The translations under genes and the position numbers were made by a program. Shown here piece after piece: positions 32,875-43,635 of a stretch of DNA of 54,395 nucleotides (positions are counted from its first letter, which is position 1; every line of letters starts with the position of its first letter). The notes below the pieces were generated by a model that was not told where the DNA came from, ran no database searches, and saw nothing but the letters and a program-made list of their open reading frames with translations. Origin of the DNA: Bdellovibrionales bacterium (GTDB taxonomy: Bacteria; Bdellovibrionota; Bdellovibrionia; Bdellovibrionales; UBA1609); NCBI GenBank assembly GCA_007128005.1, contig SKYF01000046.1, positions 1 through 54,395 of the forward strand, read 5' to 3'.

Positions 32875-33423
32875 TCAGGCCTTTTCGACCTGTACAAAAT
32901 CCAATTCAACTGGAGTTGGTCTACCAAAAATACTGACCAACACCTTTACTTTGCCCTTTTCTTCATTGATGTCCTCAACTGTGCCGTTGAAGTTGCTAAA
33001 GGGGCCATCTATCACCATGACGTTCTCACCTGTGGCAAACTTGACCTTGGGCCTTGCCTTCTCCGCCCCTGTCTCCATTTGCTTAGCAACTCTAAGAACC
33101 TCGTGCTCAGGAACTTCTGGGGGTCTCACTTTTCCTCCGACGAAGCCAGACACCTTCGAAGCACTGCGCACCAAGTGCCAGGTCTCATCACTCATGTTCA
33201 TTTGCACAAAAATATAACCTGGAAAAAACTTTCGTGAACGGGTGGCTTTCTTTCCCTTCACCAATTCAACCACATTTTCTGAGGGAATCAGAATTTCCCC
33301 AAAGTGCTCTTCCATCTTCATGGAGCGAGCTCTCTCCTCAATAGACGCCTTCGCCGTTGCTTCACAGCCTGTCTGCGTATTAACTATATACCACTTAAGG
33401 TTTGAAGAATCCTGGCTTTCCAA
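32875..33423 (-). CDS. nusG: Transcription termination/antitermination factor NusG
   Basis: KWY, FFPGYIFV, KOW motif DGPF..F.G, IFGRPTPVEL. Likely TTG start at 33423 after a GAGGT RBS. Confidence 0.97.
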   Translation of the reverse strand: MESQDSSNLKWYIVNTQTGCEATAKASIEERARSMKMEEHFGEILIPSENVVELVKGKKATRSRKFFPGYIFVQMNMSDETWHLVRSASKVSGFVGGKVRPPEVPEHEVLRVAKQMETGAEKARPKVKFATGENVMVIDGPFSNFNGTVEDINEEKGKVKVLVSIFGRPTPVELDFVQVEKA

Positions 33424-33431
33424 AACACACC

Positions 33432-33809
33432 TCAATTCACAATAAACCGAATCAAATTTCCTGAGAGAAAATCAAAAACACCTAAAATGGCCGCAGCCAG
33501 AAGCAACATCACGCAGACAACAGTAGCCATCGCAATAGTGTCCCTTCTTGAAGGCCAGACGACCTTGCGCAGCTCTAAGAGCACCTCATCCGCCCAAACC
33601 CCAATGCTGGCACTAAATTGAAGAATAGCGAAGGTCAAAAATCCCACCGCCACTGGAAGACCATGGGCAATGACCTCATTGGTGTAAGCACGGGCCACAA
33701 AGGCAAAAGTCCCTGCCAGAGCATCAAACGTCAAGCTCACCACAAACCCAGCCAAAAAAGCTGCTGCCGCAAAAGCCAGTGTTAAAATCTTCTTGTTTGA
33801 CTGCTCCAT
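33432..33809 (-). CDS. secE: Preprotein translocase SecE (3-TM type)
   Basis: ELRKVVWPSRR motif followed by a TM helix; lies between tRNA-Trp and nusG. Confidence 0.93.
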   Translation of the reverse strand: MEQSNKKILTLAFAAAAFLAGFVVSLTFDALAGTFAFVARAYTNEVIAHGLPVAVGFLTFAILQFSASIGVWADEVLLELRKVVWPSRRDTIAMATVVCVMLLLAAAILGVFDFLSGNLIRFIVN

Positions 33810-33831
33810 CGTCTTCACTCACCTCTTCAAC

Positions 33832-33907
33832 TGGCAGGGCAGGAGGGATTCGAACCCACAACCTACGGATTTGGAGTCCGTCGCTCTACCATTAGAGCTA
33901 CTGCCCT
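33832..33907 (-). tRNA. tRNA-Trp(CCA)
   Basis: Cloverleaf AGGGCAG...; anticodon arm ACGGA-CTCCAAA-TCCGT; GTTCGAA T-loop; encoded CCA. Confidence 0.97.
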
Positions 33908-33921
33908 CTAATTTAAATAGC

Positions 33922-33948
33922 TATGGGGACCTTAAAAAGGTCCCCATA
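33922..33948 (-). terminator. Perfect 12-bp hairpin downstream of tuf
   Basis: TATGGGGACCTT-AAA-AAGGTCCCCATA; weak U-tract, so it could be a processing/stability element instead. Confidence 0.55.
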
Positions 33949-33983
33949 TTTCTCAAACACAAACTGCTCTACTCTGCTTAAAA

Positions 33984-35174
33984 TCACTCAACAATTTCTG
34001 TTACCACACCAGCACCCACTGTGCGACCACCTTCTCGGATCGCAAAGCGCAGTTCTTTTTCCATGGCGATGGGAGCAATGAGCTCCACATTCATCTCCAC
34101 TCGGTCACCGGGCATAACCATCTCTGTGCCCTCTTTCAGAGTCACTACTCCCGTGACGTCTGTGGTTCGGAAATAGAACTGAGGACGGTAGCCGTTAAAG
34201 AAGGGGGTGTGACGACCTCCCTCTTCCTTGGTCAAGACATAGGCCTCACACTTAAACTTTTTGTGGGGCTTAATAGACCCGGGAACCGCAAGGACCTGAC
34301 CTCTTTCCACATCTTCTTTCTTAGTTCCACGCAACAGACAGCCAGCGTTGTCTCCAGCCTGCCCTTCATCAAGAAGTTTGCGGAACATCTCAATTCCTGT
34401 CACAGTTGTCTTTTGGGTGTCGCGAATTCCCACGATCTCCACTTCCTGACCAACTTTGACAATTCCACGCTCAATCCGACCAGTCACAACTGTTCCACGA
34501 CCAGAAATAGAGAATACGTCCTCAATAGGCATCAAGAAGGGCTTGTCCACCACTCGAGCGGGCTCAGGAATGTAGGCGTCCACAGCCTCCATGAGCTTAG
34601 CAATCGCGCCAGCGCCAATATCGCTCTCATCACCTTCAAGAGCCTTAAGAGCTGAACCTTTGACGATAGGGATGTCGTCGCCGGGGAACTCATACTTAGA
34701 CAGGAGCTCGCGGATTTCCAACTCAACCAGGTCAAGCAGCTCAGCATCGTCAACCATGTCCACTTTGTTCATGAAAACCACGATAGCAGGAACACCCACC
34801 TGGCGGGCCAAAAGGATGTGCTCACGGGTTTGAGGCATAGGACCATCAGCCGCAGAGACAACCAGGATAGCGCCATCCATCTGGGCTGCACCCGTGATCA
34901 TGTTCTTCACATAGTCAGCGTGACCAGGACAGTCTACGTGAGCGTAGTGACGGTTGTCTGTCTCATACTCAACGTGAGCAGTCGAGATGGTGATTCCACG
35001 CTCGCGCTCCTCTGGAGCTTTATCGATCATATCGTAAGCCATCGCCTGGGCCTTACCCTTTTTTGACAACACTGACGTGATCGCTGCAGTCAAAGTTGTT
35101 TTTCCATGGTCAACGTGCCCAATGGTACCAATATTGACGTGCGGCTTGGACCGATCGAATTTTTCCTTAGACAT
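33984..35174 (-). CDS. tuf: Elongation factor Tu
   Basis: [39 protein letters not shown]. Confidence 0.99.
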   Translation of the reverse strand: MSKEKFDRSKPHVNIGTIGHVDHGKTTLTAAITSVLSKKGKAQAMAYDMIDKAPEERERGITISTAHVEYETDNRHYAHVDCPGHADYVKNMITGAAQMDGAILVVSAADGPMPQTREHILLARQVGVPAIVVFMNKVDMVDDAELLDLVELEIRELLSKYEFPGDDIPIVKGSALKALEGDESDIGAGAIAKLMEAVDAYIPEPARVVDKPFLMPIEDVFSISGRGTVVTGRIERGIVKVGQEVEIVGIRDTQKTTVTGIEMFRKLLDEGQAGDNAGCLLRGTKKEDVERGQVLAVPGSIKPHKKFKCEAYVLTKEEGGRHTPFFNGYRPQFYFRTTDVTGVVTLKEGTEMVMPGDRVEMNVELIAPIAMEKELRFAIREGGRTVGAGVVTEIVE

Positions 35175-35404
35175 TTACGCTCTCCTCCTGGTTCCCGAAT
35201 TTTTCAACTCAGAAAAATTCTTGTGTTTAAAGTTTGCTGTTTCTTAAGTCGTTTTTAATTATCTGAATCTCAATTCTTCGTAATCTTTTTACTGTACTCT
35301 TCTATCTCTAAAAATCTTTTAAGTTTTTAACTTTCTTCAAATTCTCTTTCAAAACTAGGCCCCGCTCTACCCCGCAAGCCCTTTGCAGTTCTATTTAGCC
35401 CTGT

Positions 35405-35479
35405 TGGAGCCCATGGTGAGACTCGAACTCACGACCTCACCCTTACCAAGGGTGTGCTCTACCCCTGAGCCACATGGGC
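35405..35479 (-). tRNA. tRNA-Thr(GGT)
   Basis: Anticodon arm CACCC-TTGGTAA-GGGTG; CCA end. Confidence 0.97.
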
Positions 35480-35505
35480 CAATGCAAAACCACCAATATC
35501 AAAAA

Positions 35506-35582
35506 TGGAGCGGGAGACGGGTCTCGAACCCGCAACCCTCAGCTTGGAAGGCTGATACTCTAGCCAATTGAGCTACTCCCGC
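35506..35582 (-). tRNA. tRNA-Gly(TCC)
   Basis: Anticodon arm TCAGC-CTTCCAA-GCTGA; CCA end. Confidence 0.97.
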
Positions 35583-35649
35583 ACCAAACAAAAGCATTTA
35601 AATTTTCAAACAACTTCCACTCACAAAACTCACTCACCAGCACTCAAAA

Positions 35650-35735
35650 TGGTGGAGAGAGTAGGATTTGAACCTACGTAGGCAAAAGCCAACGGATTTA
35701 CAGTCCGTCCCCTTTAACCACTCGGGCATCTCTCC
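35650..35735 (-). tRNA. tRNA-Tyr(GTA)
   Basis: Anticodon arm ACGGA-CTGTAAA-TCCGT; long variable arm; CCA end. Confidence 0.97.
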
Positions 35736-35753
35736 ACATCAACAGCTCAAAAC

Positions 35754-35829
35754 TGGAGCTGGCTAAGGGACTCGAACCCGCAACCTGCTGATTACAAATC
35801 AGCTGCTCTACCAATTGAGCTAAGCCAGC
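35754..35829 (-). tRNA. tRNA-Thr(TGT)
   Basis: Anticodon arm GCTGA-TTTGTAA-TCAGC; CCA end; completes the canonical Thr-Tyr-Gly-Thr-tuf unit. Confidence 0.97.
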
Positions 35830-35928
35830 CAAAACACAGGCAAATTCACAGCCTCCAAGCAGCGCAAAGCTATGCCCCGTGACACGTAATCGCAATTACT
35901 ACTTGAAACCCTCAAGGCGAGTCAAAGA

Positions 35929-36771
35929 CTATTTGCCGATATTTTTTATGCTCGCCCACTGTCTCTGAGTCTCGGCCAAGGCCACCGCGCAGGCCACGGA
36001 GACGTTGTAGCTGGCGGCAGAGTTGGCCTGTGCAATGGCGACCTGCTCATCGCAAGCTCTGAGCACCGGCACCCGAACCCCCTTGTCCTCAGAACCCAAG
36101 ACCCAAACAACTTTCTCAGGCATGTCCAAACTCCATAATTGACGCGCCGAATCTCCAGCCTTTAGGGCGAAAATCCAAAAGCCCATATCCTTGAGACGCC
36201 CCAAGGCCGAAGCCAAATTTGTCTCAGACCACAGAGGAACATATTCAGCCCCTCCACTCGCCACTTTAGCCGCAGTTGGGGTCAATCCGACCGAGCGCAT
36301 ATCTGGAATGAGAACCCCCGAAACTCCCATCAGCCAGCTCGTGCGCAGCACTGCCCCTAGGTTGTGGGGGTCTTCCACTCCATCTAAGGCGACCAACAGA
36401 CATCGATCCCTAGAAGCCAGATCTTCCCAGTCTAACTGAGGCGAGGAGCTCACAGCCAGACACACCCCCTGATGGCCAGCCCCCAATCTTGTCAGATGCT
36501 CCGCCGAAACCAACCTCAGGGGAATTCGCTGAGTTTGGAGCCAACCTCCAAGCTCTGCCAGCTCCTGTGACCTCTCCCAGTCCTGACGCAGCCAAGCTCC
36601 TTCAATGTCTTTGGGCCTGACCTGGATGACTTCCCGTACGGAGTGAAGCCCTATAACAAGGCGAGAACCTTTTGAGTGCTCAAAACCTATAGATCCTTTA
36701 GATGCCGCCCTGCCAGGCCGGGGCTGGGGTCTGGGTGAGGACTGAGATCGACCTGAGCGCCGAGATTTCAT
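35929..36771 (-). CDS. rlmB: TrmH/SpoU-family rRNA methyltransferase (RlmB-like)
   Basis: GLHSV, HQGV, LDGVEDPHNLGAVLRT, VLGSEDKG, SYNVSVA. Start probably ATG 36771. Confidence 0.8.
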   Translation of the reverse strand: MKSRRSGRSQSSPRPQPRPGRAASKGSIGFEHSKGSRLVIGLHSVREVIQVRPKDIEGAWLRQDWERSQELAELGGWLQTQRIPLRLVSAEHLTRLGAGHQGVCLAVSSSPQLDWEDLASRDRCLLVALDGVEDPHNLGAVLRTSWLMGVSGVLIPDMRSVGLTPTAAKVASGGAEYVPLWSETNLASALGRLKDMGFWIFALKAGDSARQLWSLDMPEKVVWVLGSEDKGVRVPVLRACDEQVAIAQANSAASYNVSVACAVALAETQRQWASIKNIGK

Positions 36772-36778
36772 GGCGATT

Positions 36779-37474
36779 TCAAACTCCTGCCAATTCAGCA
36801 AAAATACTCTGGGCCGCCAAAGCCGGATCCTTGGCCTGAATCACCGGACGGCCTACCACAAGAGCAGAGGCCCCTTGAACCATGGCCTGAGATGGAGTCA
36901 TCACCCGCTGCTGATCCCCTAAGACCTCACCTGGGGACCGAACACCTGGTGTAACAAAGTAGCCCTCGGAAAACTCTTGGCGCAGCATTGCCACCTCAAG
37001 AGGCGAGCACACCACTCCCCTCAACCCTGAACTCTTTACCATAGTGAGCATTTGGCCCATATGTTCGACCACAGACTGGTCACGCCAATGGGTGGGAAGT
37101 TGGTCTTGAGTGAAGCTGGTGAGCACGGTCACTGCCAGGACTCTGAACTCCCTTTGCTGCTGAAGCTTGGCCTCCAATTCAGCCAACTCAGTCAAGGCCT
37201 TTAAGCCATTGGCCGCATGGACTGTCACAAAGCTCGCACCCAAGTCAAAACCGGCCTGGACTGCGGCCAAAAGGGTCGAGGGAATATCGTAGAACTTGAA
37301 GTCGAGAAAAACTGGAGCCCTCTGTGAAATACGCCGAACAAAGTCTGGACCGTAACGCAGACACAGGCGGGGGCCAATTTTATATCCCCCCACCGACTCC
37401 ACGGTCAGATCCACCAATCTGAGGGCCTGAGTGTCTGAGTCTACATCCAGGGCTAGGAACCAGGGACTCTTCAC
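36779..37474 (-). CDS. pyrF: Orotidine-5'-phosphate decarboxylase
   Basis: ALD, DFKFYDIPST (DxKxxD), TVHA, VTVLTS, VTPGVR, VVGRP. Confidence 0.95.
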   Translation of the reverse strand: MKSPWFLALDVDSDTQALRLVDLTVESVGGYKIGPRLCLRYGPDFVRRISQRAPVFLDFKFYDIPSTLLAAVQAGFDLGASFVTVHAANGLKALTELAELEAKLQQQREFRVLAVTVLTSFTQDQLPTHWRDQSVVEHMGQMLTMVKSSGLRGVVCSPLEVAMLRQEFSEGYFVTPGVRSPGEVLGDQQRVMTPSQAMVQGASALVVGRPVIQAKDPALAAQSIFAELAGV

Positions 37475-39207
37475 TGGAGCTCCTTGAGTTTTTCAAGCAG
37501 GGCACCAACAAGAGACTTGGGGCTTACTTTGATTATGCTCTTATTTCGCCTTTCGACGATCTCCACCTCGGCCTGCTGGAGCCCCCGCGAGCCCAGGTTG
37601 ATCCGCAAAGGAAAACCCAGCAAGTCTGCATCTTTAAACTTCACCCCAGGCCTTTCTGCGCGGTCATCGATAAAGACTTCATAGCCGTCAGCTGTCAAAG
37701 CCACTTCGACCTCTTCCACCAGAGACTGAACCGCAGGCTCATCGGGGTCGAGCATACAAATATGGACATGAAAGGGGGCCACAGATGGAGGCCAAATAAT
37801 CCCATCCTTGTCATGGTTCTGTTCGATGACGGCCTGAATACTGCGGCCAATACCAATGCCGTAACAGCCCATCTCGATGGGCTTTAACTGCCCGTCTTCG
37901 CCCAAAAACTGAGCTTCCATAGCCTGACTGTATTTGGTCCCCAGATAAAAAATATGTCCCACCTCAATGCCCCGATAGGCCTTGAGCTGCCCTTGCCCCT
38001 GAGGGTTGGGATCTCCCTCTTGGGCCATGCGCAAGTCGGCCACTTGAGTGAGCTTGAAGTCTCCCCGCCGGTGACTGACTCCCTTAAGATGAAAGCCGTC
38101 ACGGTTGGCACCCACTATATAATTATCCATTCTCTCCACAGCTTGGTCCACATATATAGGAATTTTAAGTCCCAACGGTCCGCAGGAGCCCGGCCAAGCT
38201 CCCGTGAGGTCCTTGACCTCCTGGTCCACCAAAAGGCGGGGAGGGTTGGCTAGCCTAAGAGCATTTTTGATCTTCACCGGGTTGGCCTCGTCACTGCCTC
38301 GCAGCAGCACGCAGATCGGCTCCTGAGCCTCTGTCATAAAAAACATAGTTTTCACCAATTGCTCAGGGCCAATTCCAGTGGACTTGGCCAAATCCGCAAT
38401 GGTTTTCAGCCCAGGAGTGGCAAACTCCTCGGGAGCCCCCCCTTGGACGGAGGCCTTATCACTCGATGCAGTCCCGCTTTCTTCCTTTAAGAGAGCCGGG
38501 CAGACCTCCACATTAGCGGCAAATAAGCCGTCTTCAGACACCAGTAGCTGATCCTCACCACTGTCGGCGAGAATATGAAATTCCTCGGAGCGGTTGCCGC
38601 CAATATTGCCGCTGTCGGCCGCGACCACCACAAAGCGGGCGCCCAGGCGAGTGAAGATGGCCTGATAGGCCTCGCGCATCAGCTGATAGCTGCCCTCGGC
38701 CCCCTCTTGATCCCGATCAAAACTGTAGGCGTCTTTCATCAAGAACTCACGGCCGCGCATCAACCCAAAGCGGGGGCGAATCTCGTCGCGATACTTGGTC
38801 TGGATCTGATAGAGGTTAAAGGGCAGATCCCTGTAACTCTTGACGTCTTTACGAACGAAGTCCGTGATCACTTCTTCATGGGTGGCGCCCAGGCAAAATT
38901 CGTGACCATTGCGGTTTTTAAATTTCTGTAAGCCCTCGCCCATCTCCTGCCAGCGGCCTGTCTCCTCCCAAAGCTCTTTAGGCTGCACCATGGGCATCAG
39001 CAGTTCCTGACAGCCCCTCTTGTTGAGCTCCTCTCTTACAATTTGCTCAAAGCGGCGGATGGCCTTGAGGGCGAGCGGCCCATAGGTATAGATCCCAGCC
39101 GCTACTTTACGGATCATACCCGCCCTCATCATCAAAACATGGCTAGGAATTTCTGCATCGGCAGGGGCTTCGCGCAGAGTAAACAAATAACTCTTTGACC
39201 ACTTCAT
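37471..39207 (-). CDS. proS: Proline--tRNA ligase (with INS editing domain)
   Basis: LGATHEE, QTKYRDEIRPRFGLMRGREF, IEVGHIF.LGTKYS, MGCYGIG. Confidence 0.98.
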   Translation of the reverse strand: MKWSKSYLFTLREAPADAEIPSHVLMMRAGMIRKVAAGIYTYGPLALKAIRRFEQIVREELNKRGCQELLMPMVQPKELWEETGRWQEMGEGLQKFKNRNGHEFCLGATHEEVITDFVRKDVKSYRDLPFNLYQIQTKYRDEIRPRFGLMRGREFLMKDAYSFDRDQEGAEGSYQLMREAYQAIFTRLGARFVVVAADSGNIGGNRSEEFHILADSGEDQLLVSEDGLFAANVEVCPALLKEESGTASSDKASVQGGAPEEFATPGLKTIADLAKSTGIGPEQLVKTMFFMTEAQEPICVLLRGSDEANPVKIKNALRLANPPRLLVDQEVKDLTGAWPGSCGPLGLKIPIYVDQAVERMDNYIVGANRDGFHLKGVSHRRGDFKLTQVADLRMAQEGDPNPQGQGQLKAYRGIEVGHIFYLGTKYSQAMEAQFLGEDGQLKPIEMGCYGIGIGRSIQAVIEQNHDKDGIIWPPSVAPFHVHICMLDPDEPAVQSLVEEVEVALTADGYEVFIDDRAERPGVKFKDADLLGFPLRINLGSRGLQQAEVEIVERRNKSIIKVSPKSLVGALLEKLKELQ

Positions 39208-40601
39208 AGGCCCACCTCAATGCCGTAAGACTTTATCTTACGGTGTAGATAGCTGCGCTCAAGACCAATCAATTCAGCCGTTTTGCTAATGTTGCCGTTA
39301 TTCTCAGCAATCTTCTTCAACAAAAACTCCTTTTCAAACTGAGCACGAGCCTCGCGAAAGCTAATCAGGCCATCAGCAGAGCGAGGCATCTCGCCGCCTT
39401 CAGCAAAGACTTGCCCCCCGACCTGACCGTCCCAAAGGCCTGCAAACCTCAGGTCGTGACAGTCAACAAACTCACCTGGGGTCAGAATATAAATGCGCTC
39501 AATAAAATTGCGCAGCTCACGCACATTCCCGGGCCAACTGTGTTGCATCAAGGCCTTGATTGCCTCTGGCGAAAACACCTTGCGCGGAAAGCCCCCCTCC
39601 CGGGCAAACTGCTCACTGAAATGGTCGACCAGGGCTGGCAAATCCTCCCTCCGCTCAACCAAAGGGGGCACAACAAAGGGGATCACATTGAGGCGATAGT
39701 AGAGATCTTCACGAAAACGCCCGGCCTTGATTTCTTCTGGAAGACTTTTATTTGTAGCTGCTATGACCCGAACATTGACTTCTATGGATTCGTTGCCCCC
39801 CACCCTCTGAAACCTTCTCTCCTGTAAGATCCTCAATATCTTGGCCTGGGCCTCTAGACTCATATCTCCAATCTCATCTAAAAAAAGCGTCCCCCCCTGG
39901 GCATGGTCAAACTTTCCCTTCTTAGTCCGCTCTGCGCCAGTGAAGGCACCCTTCTCATAGCCAAAAAGCTCGCTTTCAATTAACTCTGTTGGAATGGCCG
40001 CGCAGTTCACCTCAATAAATGGCCGCCCGGCCCGTGAGCTCAAATAGTGAATATTTTGCGCGACTAACTCTTTGCCGGTGCCATTTTCACCCTGGATCAA
40101 AACCCAGGAGTGACTTGGGGCGACCCGCGCGATCATTTGCTTTAAAGTCACCATTGGTTCTGACTGACCAATGAGTGCTATGCTCTTCCTCAATTTGTTG
40201 AGCAGAGCTCTCTTTTCACCCTGTTCACTCTGAAAGGACAAAATATTCTTCAGGGTGATAGCTATTTTGTCCATTGAGAGGGGTTTTTCCACGAAGTCCC
40301 AGGCCCCACTCTTTACGGCCTTGACAGCTGTCTCAATGGTTCCGTGGCCAGACATTATAATAAACTGAACTTCTGGATGGCGGCTCTTGGCGACATTCAG
40401 AACCTCTAGGCCATCCATTTCTCCTGGCATCCAAATATCCAACAACACCACATCAGGCTGAAACTCCAAGATAGTCTGTAAACCACTGGCGCCATCTCCT
40501 GCTGTTGCCACTTCATAGCCATCATCCTTTAAAGAGGCTGATAGCACCTCCCGAATGGCTGACTCATCATCTACAATGAGTATTCTTGCCAAATCTTTCA
40601 T
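39204..40601 (-). CDS. NtrX/NtrC-family sigma54 response regulator
   Basis: REC domain (VDDE, LLDIWMP, SGHG, EKP), [23 protein letters not shown]-terminal HTH (ERSYLHRK). Confidence 0.9.
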   Translation of the reverse strand: MKDLARILIVDDESAIREVLSASLKDDGYEVATAGDGASGLQTILEFQPDVVLLDIWMPGEMDGLEVLNVAKSRHPEVQFIIMSGHGTIETAVKAVKSGAWDFVEKPLSMDKIAITLKNILSFQSEQGEKRALLNKLRKSIALIGQSEPMVTLKQMIARVAPSHSWVLIQGENGTGKELVAQNIHYLSSRAGRPFIEVNCAAIPTELIESELFGYEKGAFTGAERTKKGKFDHAQGGTLFLDEIGDMSLEAQAKILRILQERRFQRVGGNESIEVNVRVIAATNKSLPEEIKAGRFREDLYYRLNVIPFVVPPLVERREDLPALVDHFSEQFAREGGFPRKVFSPEAIKALMQHSWPGNVRELRNFIERIYILTPGEFVDCHDLRFAGLWDGQVGGQVFAEGGEMPRSADGLISFREARAQFEKEFLLKKIAENNGNISKTAELIGLERSYLHRKIKSYGIEVGL

Positions 40602-42880
40602 ATTTCCTGCTCCTCAAGGCCCTCAGTTTTAAAGACTCTCGCCCAATCAGCCGCCTCCACCACTGGCAATTCAATCACCACTCGGGTTCCCTGAGGCTCA
40701 TTGGCAAACGCCCTTATAAAACCATGGTGGTCTTCCACGCTGCGCTTAACAATCGCCAGCCCCAGACCAGTGCCGTTCTCCTTTGTTGTCACATAGGGTT
40801 CAAAAATTTGATCTCGTAAAGCATAGGGCACCCCACAGCCGTTGTCAGCCACCTGAATTCTGACGATCTGCAGCAAGGAGTCATAGTGAGTTGAAATCTC
40901 TATTCGACCTGCCTCACGGCTCTTCAATGCCGCCAAAGCATTGTCCACAAGGTTGGTCATCGCTCGGCGAATTTGATCAGGGTCGAAACGAAACTTGGGA
41001 AGAGAGGGGTCTGAGTTGAAAACAATTTCTACCTGACGGTGAGCCGCTCGAAACAAAACCAAAGCGTCCTCAATTGTCTTGTTCAGATCGGCCGTCACCG
41101 GGTTGGACCTTGGCATGCGCGCAAAATTACTAAACTCATTGACTAGATTTTTTAGATCATCCACCTGGTGAATAATCATTTGAGTGCACTCATTGAAGGC
41201 GGGGTCGGTCAGGGAGCTAGAAAACTTCTTTTGTAAGCGCTGGGCTGAGAGACGAATGGGGGTCAATGGATTTTTGATCTCATGGGCTATGCGCCTGGCC
41301 ACCTCTGTCCAGGCCTGAGCCCTTTGGGCACTGAGCACGGGACTCAGGTCATCGAAAACCAGCACCTTACCCAACTCTCGACGCTGGTCATCGTAGAGCA
41401 CCGATAAAGTCATCTGCAGAGGCACGGAACGTCCTCCAACAGTGATGCGAAATTCCTTCTGTAAGCTCTCCGCGCGATGCTTTTTCATAGTCTCCAGCAG
41501 GTCCTCAAACACCGCGTAGTGCTCCTTGACCAACACCTCCTTGGCTGGGCGTCCGACGTATCTCTCTGGGTTAATTTTTAAAAGTTTTGCCGCATGATGA
41601 TTGATCATGGTGATCACACCATCTTGATCCACTGAAACCACACCCGTACTCACATTGGCTAATACAACTTTAATATAGCGCATATGCTCGTCCAAGCGAG
41701 AGAGGGTCTCCTTTAAATTGAGGTTAGCATCTTGAACCTCTCGCTCGGACTTGGCCAATGCTCCCGTCATCTGATTGAAGTGGGAAATCAGCTGATTGAT
41801 CTCAGCCGAACCTGAGGATATATCCACCAGAGCATAGTCACCCTTTGCCACTCGCTGTGTGGCACCTCCCAGCTCCTCAAGAGGTATGGACAGCTGTCGC
41901 GCCAAATAAAACCCAAACCAAGTCGCCCCTAGCAGGATAACTAGGGTCATCAACACCAAGATAATTAGATATATGGATTTTAAAGGATACTCCAAGGGAT
42001 TGACATCGCGAAAATCCTCATAAGCTGCCGCGATATCATCAATCTTTGCAATCAAAGACAAGGGCACAAAACTTGAAACCACCAAAGCTCCGGGCTGTCC
42101 TCCAAGATAAAGGGGAACAATGACACGAATAAGATTTCCCTCATCAAAATGATGAATGGTGCTGGCCTCCGCCCTTTCACTTAAACCTCTTTGCAAAAAT
42201 TCCAAGGAGACCGGAGGGATATTTGGCAAAAACTCATCCCGTGAAGTGACAAGTATTCTTTCTCCTAAGAGATCGGGGTAGAATTCCACGGCATCTAAAG
42301 CGTAAGTACTGCTCAAGTCTATCAACTTTTGGCCTATGTCTTTGTCTGCCGCGGCCTCTAAACCCCGAGCAATTCGGCCTGCAAAGTGATAGTTCTTTCG
42401 ACTGGCCATCATGTAGTAGGCGTTGGTAATCTCAAGAGAGCTCTTGAGAACACCTGCCATCTTGTCACTGAACCACTTGTCAAAACTGTTATTGATATAA
42501 AAAACCGACACCAGGAACATCAGGGCTGTGGGAACAAAGCTAAAACCCACAAAGGCAGCAATCAACTTTCCCTTTAGAGTGCTGCCAAGAACCCCCTGCT
42601 GCTTTTCCGCAAAGACCTTCACAACATTGCGAAAGATCAAAAACATTAAAAACAGAAAGAGGATGATGTTGAAATTAACTAGGCCAAAAAAGAAGACGGA
42701 GTGAACAAAGGGCAGGGATTGGCTGATGTCAAATAGCCTAAATTCCACCCAGGTCAAAACCAGAAAGAGGAGACCCAGAGGGATCACAAACAGCAGCTCT
42801 CTGCGGCGCTTGCGTGACTCCTGGATCTCCTCCTGCTGAGGATCAGTGGGTTGTTGGCCTTGTCCTGTATCTGACGTCAC
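40598..42880 (-). CDS. NtrY-like membrane sensor histidine kinase (HAMP-PAS-HisKA-HATPase)
   Basis: Several TM helices; [20 protein letters not shown]; NLVDNA, DNGCG, GTGLGL. Confidence 0.92.
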   Translation of the reverse strand: MTSDTGQGQQPTDPQQEEIQESRKRRRELLFVIPLGLLFLVLTWVEFRLFDISQSLPFVHSVFFFGLVNFNIILFLFLMFLIFRNVVKVFAEKQQGVLGSTLKGKLIAAFVGFSFVPTALMFLVSVFYINNSFDKWFSDKMAGVLKSSLEITNAYYMMASRKNYHFAGRIARGLEAAADKDIGQKLIDLSSTYALDAVEFYPDLLGERILVTSRDEFLPNIPPVSLEFLQRGLSERAEASTIHHFDEGNLIRVIVPLYLGGQPGALVVSSFVPLSLIAKIDDIAAAYEDFRDVNPLEYPLKSIYLIILVLMTLVILLGATWFGFYLARQLSIPLEELGGATQRVAKGDYALVDISSGSAEINQLISHFNQMTGALAKSEREVQDANLNLKETLSRLDEHMRYIKVVLANVSTGVVSVDQDGVITMINHHAAKLLKINPERYVGRPAKEVLVKEHYAVFEDLLETMKKHRAESLQKEFRITVGGRSVPLQMTLSVLYDDQRRELGKVLVFDDLSPVLSAQRAQAWTEVARRIAHEIKNPLTPIRLSAQRLQKKFSSSLTDPAFNECTQMIIHQVDDLKNLVNEFSNFARMPRSNPVTADLNKTIEDALVLFRAAHRQVEIVFNSDPSLPKFRFDPDQIRRAMTNLVDNALAALKSREAGRIEISTHYDSLLQIVRIQVADNGCGVPYALRDQIFEPYVTTKENGTGLGLAIVKRSVEDHHGFIRAFANEPQGTRVVIELPVVEAADWARVFKTEGLEEQEI

Positions 42881-43134
42881 TGTAGTTTTTGATACATATC
42901 TTTGCCCACTTGAAAGGCAGGGCCACCTTTATTGATCAACTGCATGCATATGCTACGGGCATCGTCTTTTTTCAGAGGGGCTGCCTCATCCCTGCTGACT
43001 CCTGAGTGATAAACGGCTGTCTGCAATAAAAGTCGAGCATTGTATGCACTCACTTTTTGACTGAGGTTTTTATAAAAATCCTGCAAAGTAACACTCGACA
43101 TCTCACTGGGGCCTGAGGCAGTTGTATCAGACAT
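42877..43134 (-). CDS. Small hypothetical protein
   Basis: AGGAGA RBS; stop overlaps the kinase start (GTGA); fills the ribH-kinase gap in operon orientation. Confidence 0.7.
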   Translation of the reverse strand: MSDTTASGPSEMSSVTLQDFYKNLSQKVSAYNARLLLQTAVYHSGVSRDEAAPLKKDDARSICMQLINKGGPAFQVGKDMYQKLQ

Positions 43135-43149
43135 TTTCTCTCCTTTATT

Positions 43150-43635
43150 TTATTTGTTGGGTTCAATTTCTCTCAATAATTGAATCATTTCAACCATCAC
43201 GTCAGCCGCCTCAGCACCCTTGTTGCCCATGCTGCCTCCGGCCCGATCCAGGGCCTGCTCCTCGTTTTCGGTGGTCAAGACTCCAAAGGCCACTGGCTTT
43301 TTGTATTCGAGCTGCAGCTGAGCACAGCCCCTTTCCACCGTCCGACATACGTAATCATAATGGGAGGTCTCACCGCGAATGACGGCCCCCAAGGCCACCA
43401 CCCCTTGACAGCCACGATCCAACAAGGCCTTGGCAGCCAATGGCACCTCGACAGCTCCCGGAACTCGAACACGCAGGATCTGTTCGGCCTGCAGTCCCAG
43501 CTCCAAAAGTCGATCCACAGCTCCCCGTTCCAACTTGTCCGTCACCTCCGAGTTAAAACGGGCCGTGACCACCCCAACAGTTTTAAGGTTCTCAGACGAT
43601 AGGTTTCCCTGTAACAGCTGCCCTTTATCTAGCAC
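43150..43635 (-). CDS. ribH: 6,7-dimethyl-8-ribityllumazine synthase
   Basis: ARFN, VPGAVEVP, LGAVIRGETSHYDYV, FGVLT, GNKG.EAA. Confidence 0.97.
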   Translation of the reverse strand: MLDKGQLLQGNLSSENLKTVGVVTARFNSEVTDKLERGAVDRLLELGLQAEQILRVRVPGAVEVPLAAKALLDRGCQGVVALGAVIRGETSHYDYVCRTVERGCAQLQLEYKKPVAFGVLTTENEEQALDRAGGSMGNKGAEAADVMVEMIQLLREIEPNK

